A stretch of DNA of 48,872 nt from an uncultured Clostridium sp. (GTDB lineage: Bacteria; Bacillota; Clostridia; TANB77; CAG-508): the NCBI GenBank assembly GCA_950059165.1, contig CATLUC010000002.1, forward strand, positions 1,971 to 50,842, written 5' to 3'. The notes beneath the pieces are model-generated. The model saw nothing but the letters and a program-made list of their open reading frames with translations, did not search any database and had not been told where the DNA came from. Positions 10,624 through 20,849 of the stretch are shown piece by piece (the first letter of the stretch is position 1; each line of letters starts with the position of its first letter). A program made the position numbers and the translations under genes.

Positions 10624-10690
10624 AAAAAATCTCCTTCTTTCTTTTTTAACTTTAAGTATCTACAAAATTTATCTATGTAAAAAAATATTA

Positions 10691-11413
10691 TCACTCTATA
10701 TATTTTGTCTTAATTTCATCATTATATTTTGTTATTTTAATGTTATTTACTTTTTCAATTGATATATTACGCTCTTGTTTTTTTAATTCGTCTACATATC
10801 CACCATTTCCAAGTAAAGCACTTTCTAAATAAGTTTGATTTCCAATAGCTTTTATTTCATATGGTGCTAAAATTCTTTGTCCATTTACCTTTATAAACCA
10901 TTCATAATCATTTAAATTGATATCAACAATATCAGACATATTAATAATTCTTTCATTATTTATTGAAATTGCTTCTGCTCCTGCTACTTTCAAACTATTT
11001 ACAATCATTAATAAGTCATCTGCTCTTGTTTTCTTTTGATTTTCATCATTTGAATTTTCCTTTAAATTAATAGATATTCCATCTCCTTGAATATCAGTTT
11101 TTCCCAAATTCATATTTACTTGTTCAAGTTCGGAATCTACCAATTTTTCTGTTTCTTCATTAGATTGCTTTGTTTTTTTATATTCGTTAATTTTTTCTTC
11201 TGTTTCTTTATACTTTTGGTTTGTTTCTTCATATTTTGCTTTCCAATTGGCAAGCTCTGTTCTTAATTCTGTTTCTCTCATATTTTCAATTGCTGTAATA
11301 TCTGTTTGATTAACAATCTTAAATTGCATAAGCATTACAAACACAAGGACAAAACAAGAAATTGCAACAGCAATTGCCATAGTAACTTTTCCTTTTTTAA
11401 TACTAGTTTTCAT
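10691..11413 (-). CDS. DUF881 division/sporulation-cluster protein (copy a)
   Basis: Start chosen at ATG 11413 (AAAGGAG RBS). It has a TM anchor, a coiled coil and a C-terminal GNGGYVDELKK...KITKYN...KTKYIE. Confidence 0.7.
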   Translation of the reverse strand: MKTSIKKGKVTMAIAVAISCFVLVFVMLMQFKIVNQTDITAIENMRETELRTELANWKAKYEETNQKYKETEEKINEYKKTKQSNEETEKLVDSELEQVNMNLGKTDIQGDGISINLKENSNDENQKKTRADDLLMIVNSLKVAGAEAISINNERIINMSDIVDINLNDYEWFIKVNGQRILAPYEIKAIGNQTYLESALLGNGGYVDELKKQERNISIEKVNNIKITKYNDEIKTKYIE

Positions 11414-11523
11414 TAAAAAGCTCCTTTCTTTTTTTACTTTTAAATAAAAATTTGATTTACAGCCTATTATGTAGCTGTGAGTTACTAAATTCAAAAACAT
11501 AATAAATTTTATATCGTCTAAAT

Positions 11524-12233
11524 TTATTTTGCATATTTATATGTAATAACCCCTGTATATTTTGGAATTGTTATACTGTTTGACCTTTTTAATACTGCTC
11601 CTACAGTGTCTTTTTTTAAATATTCTAGATATCCGTCCTGGTCTTTCTAAAGCTGCTAATTGTTCTGGAAGACCTATTGCTTTTATTGTAAAAGGTGCTC
11701 CTACCTTTTCTCCATTTATTTCAATTATATTTCCTCCACATACAATTCCACTAGTTGGTATAATCCTTTGGTCATTAATAGAAATTGCTTCTGCTCCAGC
11801 ATTTTTTAATTCATTTATTACACTTAATACATCTGCGTCATGAACAACTAAATCACTTGGAGCTAAAGATGTATTTGCATCTTTTTTGCTATCACTTAAT
11901 GTAACTATTACTCCGAGGTCCTGTTACTTCTGTCATTCCAATCATTTTATTTCCTTTTTTTATTTCATTTTCTTTTTTTTCTAATTCAGTATTATTTTGA
12001 GTTGAATTCTCTCTTTCTTTTTCTAACTGTTCTTCAGCTTTTTCTAATTCTTTATATTTATTATCATATTTTTCTTTATATTTTAAAACTTCTGCTCTTA
12101 AATTATTTTCTTCGTGATTTTGACTAACTACAAAATTAGACCCTTTTACTGTTTTTAATTGTATACAAATTCCTATTGTTAGAGCTAAACACATAAAACC
12201 AAGAACAATACTTACTTTTTCCTTTTCTTTCAT
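11524..12233 (-). CDS. DUF881 protein (copy b). Two zero-frame CGG +1 breaks (extra C at 11915 and 11635).
   Basis: After dropping both Cs the protein reads TGP-GVIVTLSDSKKD...NAGAEAISINDQRI...ERPG-GYLEYLKKDTVGAVLKRSNSITIPKYTGVITYKYAK*. This aligns with the C-terminus of copy a. Confidence 0.8.
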
Positions 12234-12389
12234 TTTATCATCCTTCCTTACTAACATAAATTTGGTTGAAAAAGAATTGGATATTTGGCTAGGCGAATGA
12301 GATTTTAATTTATGAGACGTACTATCTGTACGTTGATTAAATTAAAATCGAATTTTAACAATGCCAAATGCCAATTATTTTTTTACCAC

Positions 12390-13373
12390 CTATACGAGGC
12401 TTTCGCGAAAATAAACCCTAAACTTACTATTCAAATCTCCATTTGCAAAAATTTCTCCTGCTTTTCCCTTTTCCTTTTCAATAATGGCATTACTATATAA
12501 CATTTTATTACTTAAATTTGTGTTATCTCCTAAATGTATCTTCTTCTTTTCCTCTTCTAGGTATATACTATATTCGTTTTTATCACTTATATCAATACTT
12601 TTTACTTTTGTATCTAATTCATATTCTTTGGCTGCATTCATAATCTTTATTACATCTTCAAGTCTTTTTAAATCACCCTCATTTAGCCTTTTACCTTCTA
12701 CTACTTCTTCCTCTTTAGTAGTAATTCCTTGAAGAATCAACTTTTGTTTACTATCTTCTGCTATTTCTAAAATATAGCCTTGTTTATTTAGATATGCATA
12801 TTTTCCTAAGAAATCTGCACTATAAATGTGCTCTCTTTCTTCTATTTCTATTTGTACTGTATTTGGAATTTTTCTATGTATTTTCACATTTTCGATATAG
12901 GCATTTTCTTTTATTTTGCTAATAACTTTAGAACTACTAAATCTGAAAATATTTTCTTCTATTTTTAATTCTGATAAGCTTATAATTGTATCACTACTTA
13001 CTTGATTGTTGTTATTTACCTGTATTTCTTGTATATTAAAAATTGGTGATACCATAGCAAAAACAATTCCTCCTACTATAATTGCTAACAATAATAGTAT
13101 TTCTAAAACAAGCTTTATTTTTTTGTTTCTTTTTTTTCTCTTCTGTTCTTGTTTTGTTATCTGTTCTTTGTGTTCTTCTTCTCTTTTTATTTTATTCTTA
13201 TTACTCATTTTTATTGCTGTTTCTAGTTCTTGGTCAAAGTCTTGTTCTCTTTTTGCAATATTTTGTTTTATTCTTTTTTCTCTTTCTTTGGCCTTTTTTC
13301 TTTTCATTTCCATTTCTTCTTTTTCTCTATCAGCTTGTCCTTTTTGCATATAATATGGATTTATTTTAGCCAT
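12390..13373 (-). CDS. divIB: Cell division protein FtsQ/DivIB (POTRA) with a Lys/Glu-rich N-terminal extension
   Basis: Single TM, then FNIQEIQVNNNNQVS...NVKIHRKIPNTVQIEIEERE (POTRA). Position is between murA and the DUF881 genes. Confidence 0.8.
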   Translation of the reverse strand: MAKINPYYMQKGQADREKEEMEMKRKKAKEREKRIKQNIAKREQDFDQELETAIKMSNKNKIKREEEHKEQITKQEQKRKKRNKKIKLVLEILLLLAIIVGGIVFAMVSPIFNIQEIQVNNNNQVSSDTIISLSELKIEENIFRFSSSKVISKIKENAYIENVKIHRKIPNTVQIEIEEREHIYSADFLGKYAYLNKQGYILEIAEDSKQKLILQGITTKEEEVVEGKRLNEGDLKRLEDVIKIMNAAKEYELDTKVKSIDISDKNEYSIYLEEEKKKIHLGDNTNLSNKMLYSNAIIEKEKGKAGEIFANGDLNSKFRVYFRESLV

Positions 13374-13400
13374 TTTTAATCACACCTTCCTTATAAACAA

Positions 13401-13451
13401 ATGAGGCATGATTAAGATTTCTTAACCTTTTAACTTGCTTTCATGCCTCAT
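13401..13451. repeat. Hairpin repeat ATGAGGCATGA..TCATGCCTCAT (terminator candidate after murA)
   Basis: 11-bp stem. It is related, in inverted orientation, to the element at 3299-3335. Confidence 0.4.
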
Positions 13452-13517
13452 CTTTCTTTTAAGTCTTTTTATATCATATTTAACAATTAGCTTAACTGTC
13501 ATTTTTTTATTCTAATT

Positions 13518-14774
13518 TTAATTTGTCTTTTTAAGTTGAATATCTATTCCTAATCCTCTTAATTTTTGGTCAAATTTATCATATCCTCTTAAAATGTACT
13601 CTATATTTTCAACTACTGTAGTTCCTTTAGCTATACTTCCTGCCATAACAAGTGATGCTCCTCCTCGCAAGTCTGTTGCTTTAACTGTTGTTCCATAAAG
13701 TTTTCTAACTCCCTTTACTACTGCTGTTTTCCCTTCTATTGATATTTTTGCACCCATTCTAACTAGTTCTTGTGTATATTTATATCTATTTTCAAATAGA
13801 TTTTCTACAACAATAGATGTTCCTTTTGCCAAAGTTAAGCTTGTTGTAAAAATTGATTGCATATCTGTTGGAAACCCTGGATATGGCATTGTTTTTAAAT
13901 CTACTGCTTTTAATCTTTTAGGAGCTTGCAATTCTATTTTGTTTTTTTCAAGCTTTAATTTGCAACCTGCTTCTTCTAGTTTATGAATAACTGGTGTAAT
14001 ATGGTTGTAATTTGCACCATTTACTTTGATGCTCCCTCCATTCATTGCTGTTATACACAAAAAAGTTCCTGTTTCTATTCTGTCTGGCATGATAGTATAA
14101 CTTGCATCTTTTAGCTTTTTTACACCTTCAATTTCAATAATGTCTGTTCCTGCTCCTTTTACTTTTGCTCCCATTTTGTTTAAAAAGTTTTGCAAGTCTA
14201 CTATTTCTGGCTCTCTTGCTGCATTTGTTATAATTGTTTTTCCAATACAGAAAATACTTGCTAAAATAGCATTTTCTGTTGCTCCTACACTTGGAAAATC
14301 TAAGTCTATTTTTTCCCCTACTATTTTATCACATATGCAAGTAATATTTCCATAGTTTTTGTTAATATTTATTCCTAATTTTTCAAATGCCTTTAAATGT
14401 AAGTCAATTGGTCTAGTTCCAATGTCACATCCTCCTGGATAAGAAAATGTAGCATTTTTATATTTTCCGACTAATGCACCTACAAATATTACTGATGAAC
14501 GCATTTGTCTCATTAATTCTTCTGGTATTTCATATTTTGAAATTTTCCTTGTATCTATTATAACTTTGTTCTTTTTTTTGGTTACTTCTGCTCCTATTTG
14601 TTTCAATATCTCAAACATCATTTGGGTGTCATGTATGTTTGGTACGTTATATAGTGTGGTTTTTCCATTGTGCAAGATAGTTGCTGCAATTATGGGCAAA
14701 GCTGCGTTTTTTGAGCCTGATATTGTTACTTCACCTTCTACTTTTTTTCCTCCTTTGATTATGTATTCTGACAT
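13518..14774 (-). CDS. murA: UDP-N-acetylglucosamine 1-carboxyvinyltransferase
   Basis: MSEYIIKGGKKVEGEVTISGSKNAALPI and the PGGCDIGTRPIDLH active-site loop. Start placed at ATG 14774 after AAAGGTGGGAG. Confidence 0.93.
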   Translation of the reverse strand: MSEYIIKGGKKVEGEVTISGSKNAALPIIAATILHNGKTTLYNVPNIHDTQMMFEILKQIGAEVTKKKNKVIIDTRKISKYEIPEELMRQMRSSVIFVGALVGKYKNATFSYPGGCDIGTRPIDLHLKAFEKLGININKNYGNITCICDKIVGEKIDLDFPSVGATENAILASIFCIGKTIITNAAREPEIVDLQNFLNKMGAKVKGAGTDIIEIEGVKKLKDASYTIMPDRIETGTFLCITAMNGGSIKVNGANYNHITPVIHKLEEAGCKLKLEKNKIELQAPKRLKAVDLKTMPYPGFPTDMQSIFTTSLTLAKGTSIVVENLFENRYKYTQELVRMGAKISIEGKTAVVKGVRKLYGTTVKATDLRGGASLVMAGSIAKGTTVVENIEYILRGYDKFDQKLRGLGIDIQLKKTN

Positions 14775-14898
14775 TTTTCTCCCACCTTTCACTTTTATTT
14801 ATATATATTATGTTTTCTAAACGTGAAAAGTTCTAAAATCTCAAGGCTCTTCTTGAAATTTTAGAACTTTTATTTTGATTCACATTTTCATCATAAGC

Positions 14899-15047
14899 TA
14901 TTGTAACTATTAAAGCAATTAGTGTGATTCATTGGTTTTTATTTTTCATTTTTTGTTTTTCTCCTTTGTTTTTGTTTATTATATCCTTACTTTATTTGAA
15001 AGCACAATAAAAGCGACTATTTTTAATAGTCACTTTTTTACATAATT
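14899..15047 (-). repeat. Orphan copy of the P2 upstream cassette (terminator, promoter, RBS, first 16 codons). The coding remnant is inactivated (GGA to TGA).
   Basis: 149 nt with 4 mismatches versus 18085-18233 (aligned by eye). The remnant reads MKNKNQ*ITLIALIVTI and then diverges. Confidence 0.8.
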
Positions 15048-15109
15048 ATCTTACTACCAAATTTTGTTGAACAATAAAACAATGTCTTAATCTCCAACGG
15101 TTTGATACT

Positions 15110-15994
15110 CTATTCTACAAGTTCAGATTTCTTTCCTTGTGTATTTTCTTGTATATACTTATTTTCTTCTATATATTTATAATTCAATTTATTAGTCTTT
15201 GTTACAACTGATTCCCCAAGATTTTTTTCAATATCTTCTCTTGCAACTTTTGCAGTATGTCCACCCATTTTAGCTACTTTAATATTTTCTTTTAATCCAT
15301 TAGGCTTTTGTTTTGCAGCCAGCCTTTTAGTAGCTTCCTCAGATAAATCTGTTAATATAAGTTCTATATTATCCATATTATCTCTTAAATTTTCTTTTCG
15401 TAATCCTTTATATTGCTTATATTCTTTTGCTGTCATTCCTGACCATTCTTTGTATATTTCATTTGTTAATATTGCATATTCCATATTATCTTTTATTCCA
15501 TTTTCCTTCCATACATCTGTTAATTTTTTTCTTTCTTGAATTGATTTGATTCTTTTTGCAATCCATTCTTCATCATAACCTTTTGTGCGATACAAATCTA
15601 TGGCTCTTTGCAATGCAACCCCTGGATCAAAAGTTTCATCGATTTTTTCTTTGCCTAAATGTGCTAACCATTGTTTTATAGGCTCTGCATTCTTTGATGG
15701 AATTGATTCAATTATTCGAAACATTCCTTCAATATCAGTTACATCTGTCATACGATATTTTCCATCTTGTGATTTTAATTTCAACTGTCCGATTTTTTCG
15801 GACACTTCAAACCCATCTTTTATTAAATTATTTTTCAAGTCACTCCAATATTTTCTTGGTCTATTGCTTTTTGATATTGCACCAACAATATCTATTATAC
15901 TGATATAATATTTTTCTTCCTCTTTATCCCATATTGTTCTTATTGTTTCATTATTAAACAATTTGTTTATTAATTGCATTTTATTTTCATCCAT
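15110..15994 (-). CDS. Bro-N domain / DinD-like (DNA-damage-inducible protein D family) protein
   Basis: The N-terminus FNNETIRTIWDKEEEKYYISIIDIVGAIS resembles Bro-N. The remainder resembles DinD-type proteins. Assignment is from memory of the families only. Confidence 0.55.
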   Translation of the reverse strand: MDENKMQLINKLFNNETIRTIWDKEEEKYYISIIDIVGAISKSNRPRKYWSDLKNNLIKDGFEVSEKIGQLKLKSQDGKYRMTDVTDIEGMFRIIESIPSKNAEPIKQWLAHLGKEKIDETFDPGVALQRAIDLYRTKGYDEEWIAKRIKSIQERKKLTDVWKENGIKDNMEYAILTNEIYKEWSGMTAKEYKQYKGLRKENLRDNMDNIELILTDLSEEATKRLAAKQKPNGLKENIKVAKMGGHTAKVAREDIEKNLGESVVTKTNKLNYKYIEENKYIQENTQGKKSELVE

Positions 15995-16185
15995 TTCTAC
16001 CTCTTTTCCTCAAGTTGTTATAAATTTCTAAACAACTCGAAATATATTTTATTTATTCTATTTATATCATATATCGAACATTTTTTCAATACTTTTTACG
16101 AATTTTTGTTTTGTTTTTTTGTGATTTTTTTAGGCAAATAAATAAGCAAGTCACTTACACTTTTGGTAAATGCTTGCTTTCACTT

Positions 16186-18135
16186 TTAATTAACTCTTAT
16201 CCTGTTTAAATACGTATTTGTAGCTGTTCTTTCTATTTTTATATATACACAATTCCATGGTTCAGGCAACGTAATTTTACTTTCCCCCTTTAAAAGTGAT
16301 CTATCAGTTATTTCTATCCAGTTTTGATTATCTTTTGAAATACTTAACTTATAAGCTATTGTATTAGAATCTATTAAAATTCTAATACTTTCTTTATTTT
16401 TGCCAAAATCTATTTTCTTTGTATTTAAAATCGAATTTCCTACATCATATGTTGTCTGTATTTCATTATCCATATATTTATATATGTAATATGCTTTTGC
16501 TTGTTCTTTTTGTTTATACCATTTGTTATCTGTGTGTGCAGCATTGTCTTTGTAAATACCACCTTTGGCAATTAGTTCTCCTTCCAATGTTCCTTGTGTT
16601 TTAGCTGATTTTAGTACAGATGTCATAGTAGAAGACCTTAATGTAGGCCAGAATGTTCCTACTACTTCATATCTAGTAATTGTTCTTCCAACATTTACCG
16701 AACTTCCTCTTCCATAATGAATTCTTCCAACGTAATTTTCACCACTAAAAGAAGTTCCATTTCCAATTGTAAAAGTCCCATCTGCTGGATTGAAAGTATA
16801 AGATCTAAGTACCCACGAATTGCTAGAATAAGTCTTATCATCCCAACTAGCACTCCATGCTGACCATGTTCCTTCTTCATACCAACTTGTTGTTGTAACA
16901 CTATATCTATCATACAAATAATAATTATCAATTAATTGATTTTGCGATTGTCCTAATAATATCCAATTATTTGTACTTAAATTTCTAGCATTATATAATG
17001 ACACATTTTTAATAAGATTAGATGCTGACTCCATTACAGCAGTTTGTTCACTAGTTTGAGTTTCTTTACTTCTCGTATAAGCCAATTCTACTGATGGAAA
17101 ATCATAATTACCACCAAAAGAACTAATGTCAAAATAAACCCTTCCATTTGCTTTTACTTTTTCTTTTGATATACTTTCTAATAGATTTCCTGCTCTATCT
17201 ACTGTTAATACATGTAAATAATACTCTCCCTCTTCAGGGCAATTTAATTCTATTTCATCTGCATTTTCAGTTGTAAATTTATCTTCTGAATATTTTGATA
17301 AATCTTCTGTTCCAATTGGAGTATTATTAGTAGTAAATGCAAATTTGCATTCTGTTATATTTACACCACTTACTCCATTATCACTTTGTGTTACTGTAGC
17401 CGTGATAGGCTCTCCCTCTGTTATTTCTGTTTTACTAAAAGTGATTATTGCTTCATTTGGTTCTTCTTTGTCAATATTTTTTACATTTCCTGTTGCCACA
17501 CATATTGTTTCATATAACTCATTTATTAATCTTGCATGAACTGCTCCATTTCCTTCCATTGTTATTTCTGAATGATATTTATCCCAGCTTGTGCCATCCA
17601 TAGAATATTGCAATTCATAGTTTTCTGATATTTCATTTGAAGTTGTAATACTAACTTCTACATTTTGATTTGTCCATTGTTTATCTTCTGGTGATGGATT
17701 ATAGCTAAATTGTATATTGCTTTCTTCCAATTTGGGAATTTCAACTTCTCCCTGTTTTCCTATATAGGTTACCTCATTTTCTGTAATTCTATATACATAC
17801 CCTTCTTTGGTTATTACAATAATAGTTTCATCGTTTTTTCTATTAACTTGAGCTTCTTTTAATTCTTCATTTTTAGGAATTTCTTTTTGGAATTCATCTA
17901 AAAATGTCTTGCCACTCCAATTATTAATAATTTTATTTGGTCTTAACCCGTTTCCTATTATTTTTAAAATTTCTTCATATTTTTTCTTTTGGGTTTCTTC
18001 ACTTGCTGTATTTGCTTTATTTAACATTCCATTTTTTCCTGTTAAAGTCGCAATTGTAACTCCTGCTAGTATTAACAACACTATTATTGTAACTATTAAC
18101 GCAATTAGTGTGATTCCTTGGTTCTTATTTTTCAT
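16186..18135 (-). CDS. Pilin-like-leader surface protein P2 (649 aa, Ig-like region plus unknown C-terminal domains)
   Basis: MKNKNQG-ITLIALIVTIIVLLILAGVTIATLTGKNGMLNKA. The first ~330 aa are paralogous to P5 (KYEEILKIIGNGLRPNKIINNW, HARLINELYETICVATGNVKNIDK). Confidence 0.8.
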   Translation of the reverse strand: MKNKNQGITLIALIVTIIVLLILAGVTIATLTGKNGMLNKANTASEETQKKKYEEILKIIGNGLRPNKIINNWSGKTFLDEFQKEIPKNEELKEAQVNRKNDETIIVITKEGYVYRITENEVTYIGKQGEVEIPKLEESNIQFSYNPSPEDKQWTNQNVEVSITTSNEISENYELQYSMDGTSWDKYHSEITMEGNGAVHARLINELYETICVATGNVKNIDKEEPNEAIITFSKTEITEGEPITATVTQSDNGVSGVNITECKFAFTTNNTPIGTEDLSKYSEDKFTTENADEIELNCPEEGEYYLHVLTVDRAGNLLESISKEKVKANGRVYFDISSFGGNYDFPSVELAYTRSKETQTSEQTAVMESASNLIKNVSLYNARNLSTNNWILLGQSQNQLIDNYYLYDRYSVTTTSWYEEGTWSAWSASWDDKTYSSNSWVLRSYTFNPADGTFTIGNGTSFSGENYVGRIHYGRGSSVNVGRTITRYEVVGTFWPTLRSSTMTSVLKSAKTQGTLEGELIAKGGIYKDNAAHTDNKWYKQKEQAKAYYIYKYMDNEIQTTYDVGNSILNTKKIDFGKNKESIRILIDSNTIAYKLSISKDNQNWIEITDRSLLKGESKITLPEPWNCVYIKIERTATNTYLNRIRVN

Positions 18136-18233
18136 TTTTTGCTTTTCTCCTTTGTTTTTGTTTATTATATCCTTACTTTATTTGAAAGCACAATAAAAGC
18201 GACTATTTTTAATAGTCACTTTTTTACATAATT
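18085..18233 (-). repeat. Functional copy of the 149-nt cassette (terminator of P3, promoter TTGTGC-18-TATAAT, RBS, 5' end of P2)
   Basis: See 14899-15047. The hairpin GTGACTATT-AAAA-ATAGTCGC plus T-run is on the minus strand. Confidence 0.75.
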
Positions 18234-18264
18234 GCCTTAATTGTAATTAAAATTGTAAATGTTA

Positions 18265-20279
18265 TTAACTATCTCCTTCTGTAACATATGTTACCTCTGA
18301 AACTCCACAATCTTTAAACATATTTGTACTACCTGCTTTATCTGTATTCCAATCTTTCCTAACTAAAATTTCCTTTAGATTTTTACAGCTTTCAAACATA
18401 GAATGCATACTTTTTACATTTAATATATTAAAGTTACTTAGATTTAATCTTGTTATAGAACTACATTCTTGAAACATACTGCTCATACTTGTTACCTTTG
18501 ATGTGTCCCAATTACTTATATTTAATTCAGTCAAAGCATTACAATGCATAAATACCCCAAGCATATTTGTTACATTTGATGTATTCCAGTTATTTAAATC
18601 TAATGCTGTTAAATTTCTACAGTCATTAAACATTTGATTCATATTTGTTACATTTGATGTGTTCCAATTACTTATATTTAATTCTGTCAAAGAATTACAA
18701 CCCAAGAATATCCATTCCATATCTGTTACATTTGATGTATTCCAGTTATTTAAATTTAATGTTGTTAAATTTTTACAGTCATGAAACATTCTATTCATAT
18801 TTGTTACATTTGATGTATCCCAGCTACTTATATTTAACATTGTTAAATTACTATCATCGAAAGTGCTATTACACTCAAACATACCAGCCATATTTATCAC
18901 ATTTGATGTATTCCAGTTATTTAAATCTAATGTTGTTAAATTATCACAATCATAAAACATTCCATCCATATCTGTCACATTTGATGTATTCCAGTTATTT
19001 AAATCTAATGTTGTTAAATTTTTACAATTAGAAAACATTTCAACCATATTTGTCACATTTGATGTATTCCAGTTATTTAAATCTAATGTTGTTAAATTAT
19101 TACAACCACTAAACATTTGATTCATACTTGTTACATTTGATGTGTTCCAATTACTTATATTTAATTCTGTCAAAGATCTACAACCACCAAATATAGATCC
19201 CATATTTGTTACTTTTGATGTATCCCAATTATTTATATCTAATGTTTTTAAATCACTGCCTTCAAACATACTGCTCATATTTGTTACGTTTGATGTATTC
19301 CAATTATTTATATCTAATGTTTTTAAATCACTGTTTTCAAACATACTGCTCATATTTGTTACATTTGATGTGTCCAAACTGCTCAAATCTAATTCTATAT
19401 ATGCACAAGCATAGAACATTTTACTCATATCTGTTACCTTTGATGTATTTAAGTTTTCAATATTTGTTATATTATTTAATACCTTGCAAGTTTCAAACCA
19501 TCCACTAGTAGATTTAGGAAATATTTCATCAAGAATTCTAACTTCAACCAAATATTTATTCATATCATACCAATCCCCATATCCATTGTCTTGATACTTA
19601 ATCCATGGACGGTTGGCATTTCGATTTGCCTGATAAAGAAATTCTTCAATCATCCCACGAGCTTCTTCTGGATTTTCTTCTTTATATTGTTTCCATTCAT
19701 CAGATTTTAAAAATTCTCCATATTCTGGTGTTTCATATAAATCTTCTTCACTTGAGTAAACTTTTCCATTTATGTCCCCAAAATTATCTTTTAAAGTAAG
19801 CCCTTCACCACTATAATCTAAAAATGCTTCTTCATTGCTTGCTAACATAAGAATTTCATCACTACTATCATTTTTTACATATATCCTTGCAAATACAGAT
19901 GATTCGTAAAAATCGGATTCATCCTCAAATACAACATTTCCATTTTTTTCAATTACCAAATTATATCCATCTGATGTTACTTTTGCTGGCAATGCTGTAA
20001 TATTATCTGCTCCTGTTACTCCCTCTGTTTGTTTTAAATTGTTCTTTAATGTATTTATATCTATCTTGCCATTTCCATCATAGCTTCCCATTACTGCTAT
20101 TTGCACCTTTTCTTTAGCACCTGCTTTGTCATTTTCTGTTTTGGCATTGTTTGCTTTTGTTAAAATCCCATTTTCTCCCGTTAAGTCGCAATTGTTATTC
20201 CTGCTAATATTAAAAGGACAATTATCGTAATTACCAAAGCAATTAATGTTATACCTCTTTCATTATTTTTCTTTTTCAC
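18265..20279 (-). CDS. Pilin-like-leader protein P3 with BspA/DUF285-type leucine-rich repeats. The leader is out of frame with the body (1-nt deficit near 20183), so this is a possible pseudogene.
   Basis: GTG 20279 follows GGAGAACAAAA. VKKKNNERG-ITLIALVITIIVLLILAGITIAT then TAA. The -1 frame continues (L)TGENGILTKANNAKTEN...VQIAVMGS into ORF 18265-20106, which carries about 14 copies of NWNTSNVTNM..MF..C..LT.L. Confidence 0.6.
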
Positions 20280-20509
20280 TTTTGTTCTCCTTTCATTTTT
20301 TACAGGAACAACCTGTATTTTCACTATAACACACGTTTTACTTATTATCAACACAAATCACTGATGTTTTTTATTTGTAAAATACCTGACATAGTATTGT
20401 AATACTTACAGTGTGTTCCTGTAATATTGGATTTATTTTTATTATAGAATGTGGTTAAAATTATACCAATTGTATAATTTTTAATATGAATTTTCGAGGT
20501 AATTATTGT

Positions 20510-20770
20510 ATGAAAGTAAAAACTTTAAACGGAAACTTAAATATTATAGGAAATAACTTAAGAAAATATAGGAAATTGCGTAAATTTTCACAACCTGAAA
20601 TTTGCCGTAAATTAGACTTACTAGGTGTTACTATGTATAATTGTGATATTTATGAAATTGAATATGGTAAAAAGACTGTAAAAGACTTTGAAGCACTTGC
20701 CTTTTGCAAAGTACTAGGAATCACTTTAGAAGAATTGTATTCTGACACCGAAAAATACTATGAAGCTTAA
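20510..20770 (+). CDS. XRE-family helix-turn-helix regulator (small)
   Basis: MKVKTLNGNLNIIGNNLRKYRKLRKFSQPEICRKL is a Cro/C1-type HTH. Start chosen at ATG 20510 after GAGGT. It is divergent from the P3/P2 genes. Confidence 0.7.
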   Translation: MKVKTLNGNLNIIGNNLRKYRKLRKFSQPEICRKLDLLGVTMYNCDIYEIEYGKKTVKDFEALAFCKVLGITLEELYSDTEKYYEA

Positions 20771-20780
20771 AATTAAAAAA

Positions 20781-20816
20781 TAGGATTATGAGGCCGTCCC
20801 CAAATCCTACTTTTTT
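20781..20816. terminator. Hairpin TAGGATT..GGCCGTCCCC..AATCCTA plus T6, a bidirectional terminator
   Basis: Same element family as 35884-35912, here with a degenerate left arm. A second hairpin AATGAGAC..GTCTCATT follows at 20817-20846. Confidence 0.55.
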
Positions 20817-20849
20817 AATGAGACACTTAAGGACCTGTCCTAACTAGTC

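Noticed and set aside
12299-12354. Long nested hairpin (GATTTTAATTTA..ACGTAC-TATCT-GTACGT..TAAATTAAAATC) between ftsQ and DUF881b as a terminator or riboswitch
   Set aside because: There is no U-tract on either strand and no recognisable riboswitch core. It is noted only as possible RNA structure, with too little support for a call.
18500-19450. Regular ~75-78-nt periodic repeats that could be mistaken for a CRISPR array or tandem satellite
   Set aside because: They are in frame within P3 and encode 25-26-aa leucine-rich (DUF285/BspA-type) repeats (NWNTSNVTNM..MF..C..LT.L). There is no spacer-like unique sequence.
14793-20849. A prophage remnant suggested by the Bro-N-like gene, and by the tail-collar domain at 41954-43030
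   Set aside because: There are no integrase, terminase, capsid, portal or tail tube genes and no att-like flanks. The genes are isolated between housekeeping operons.
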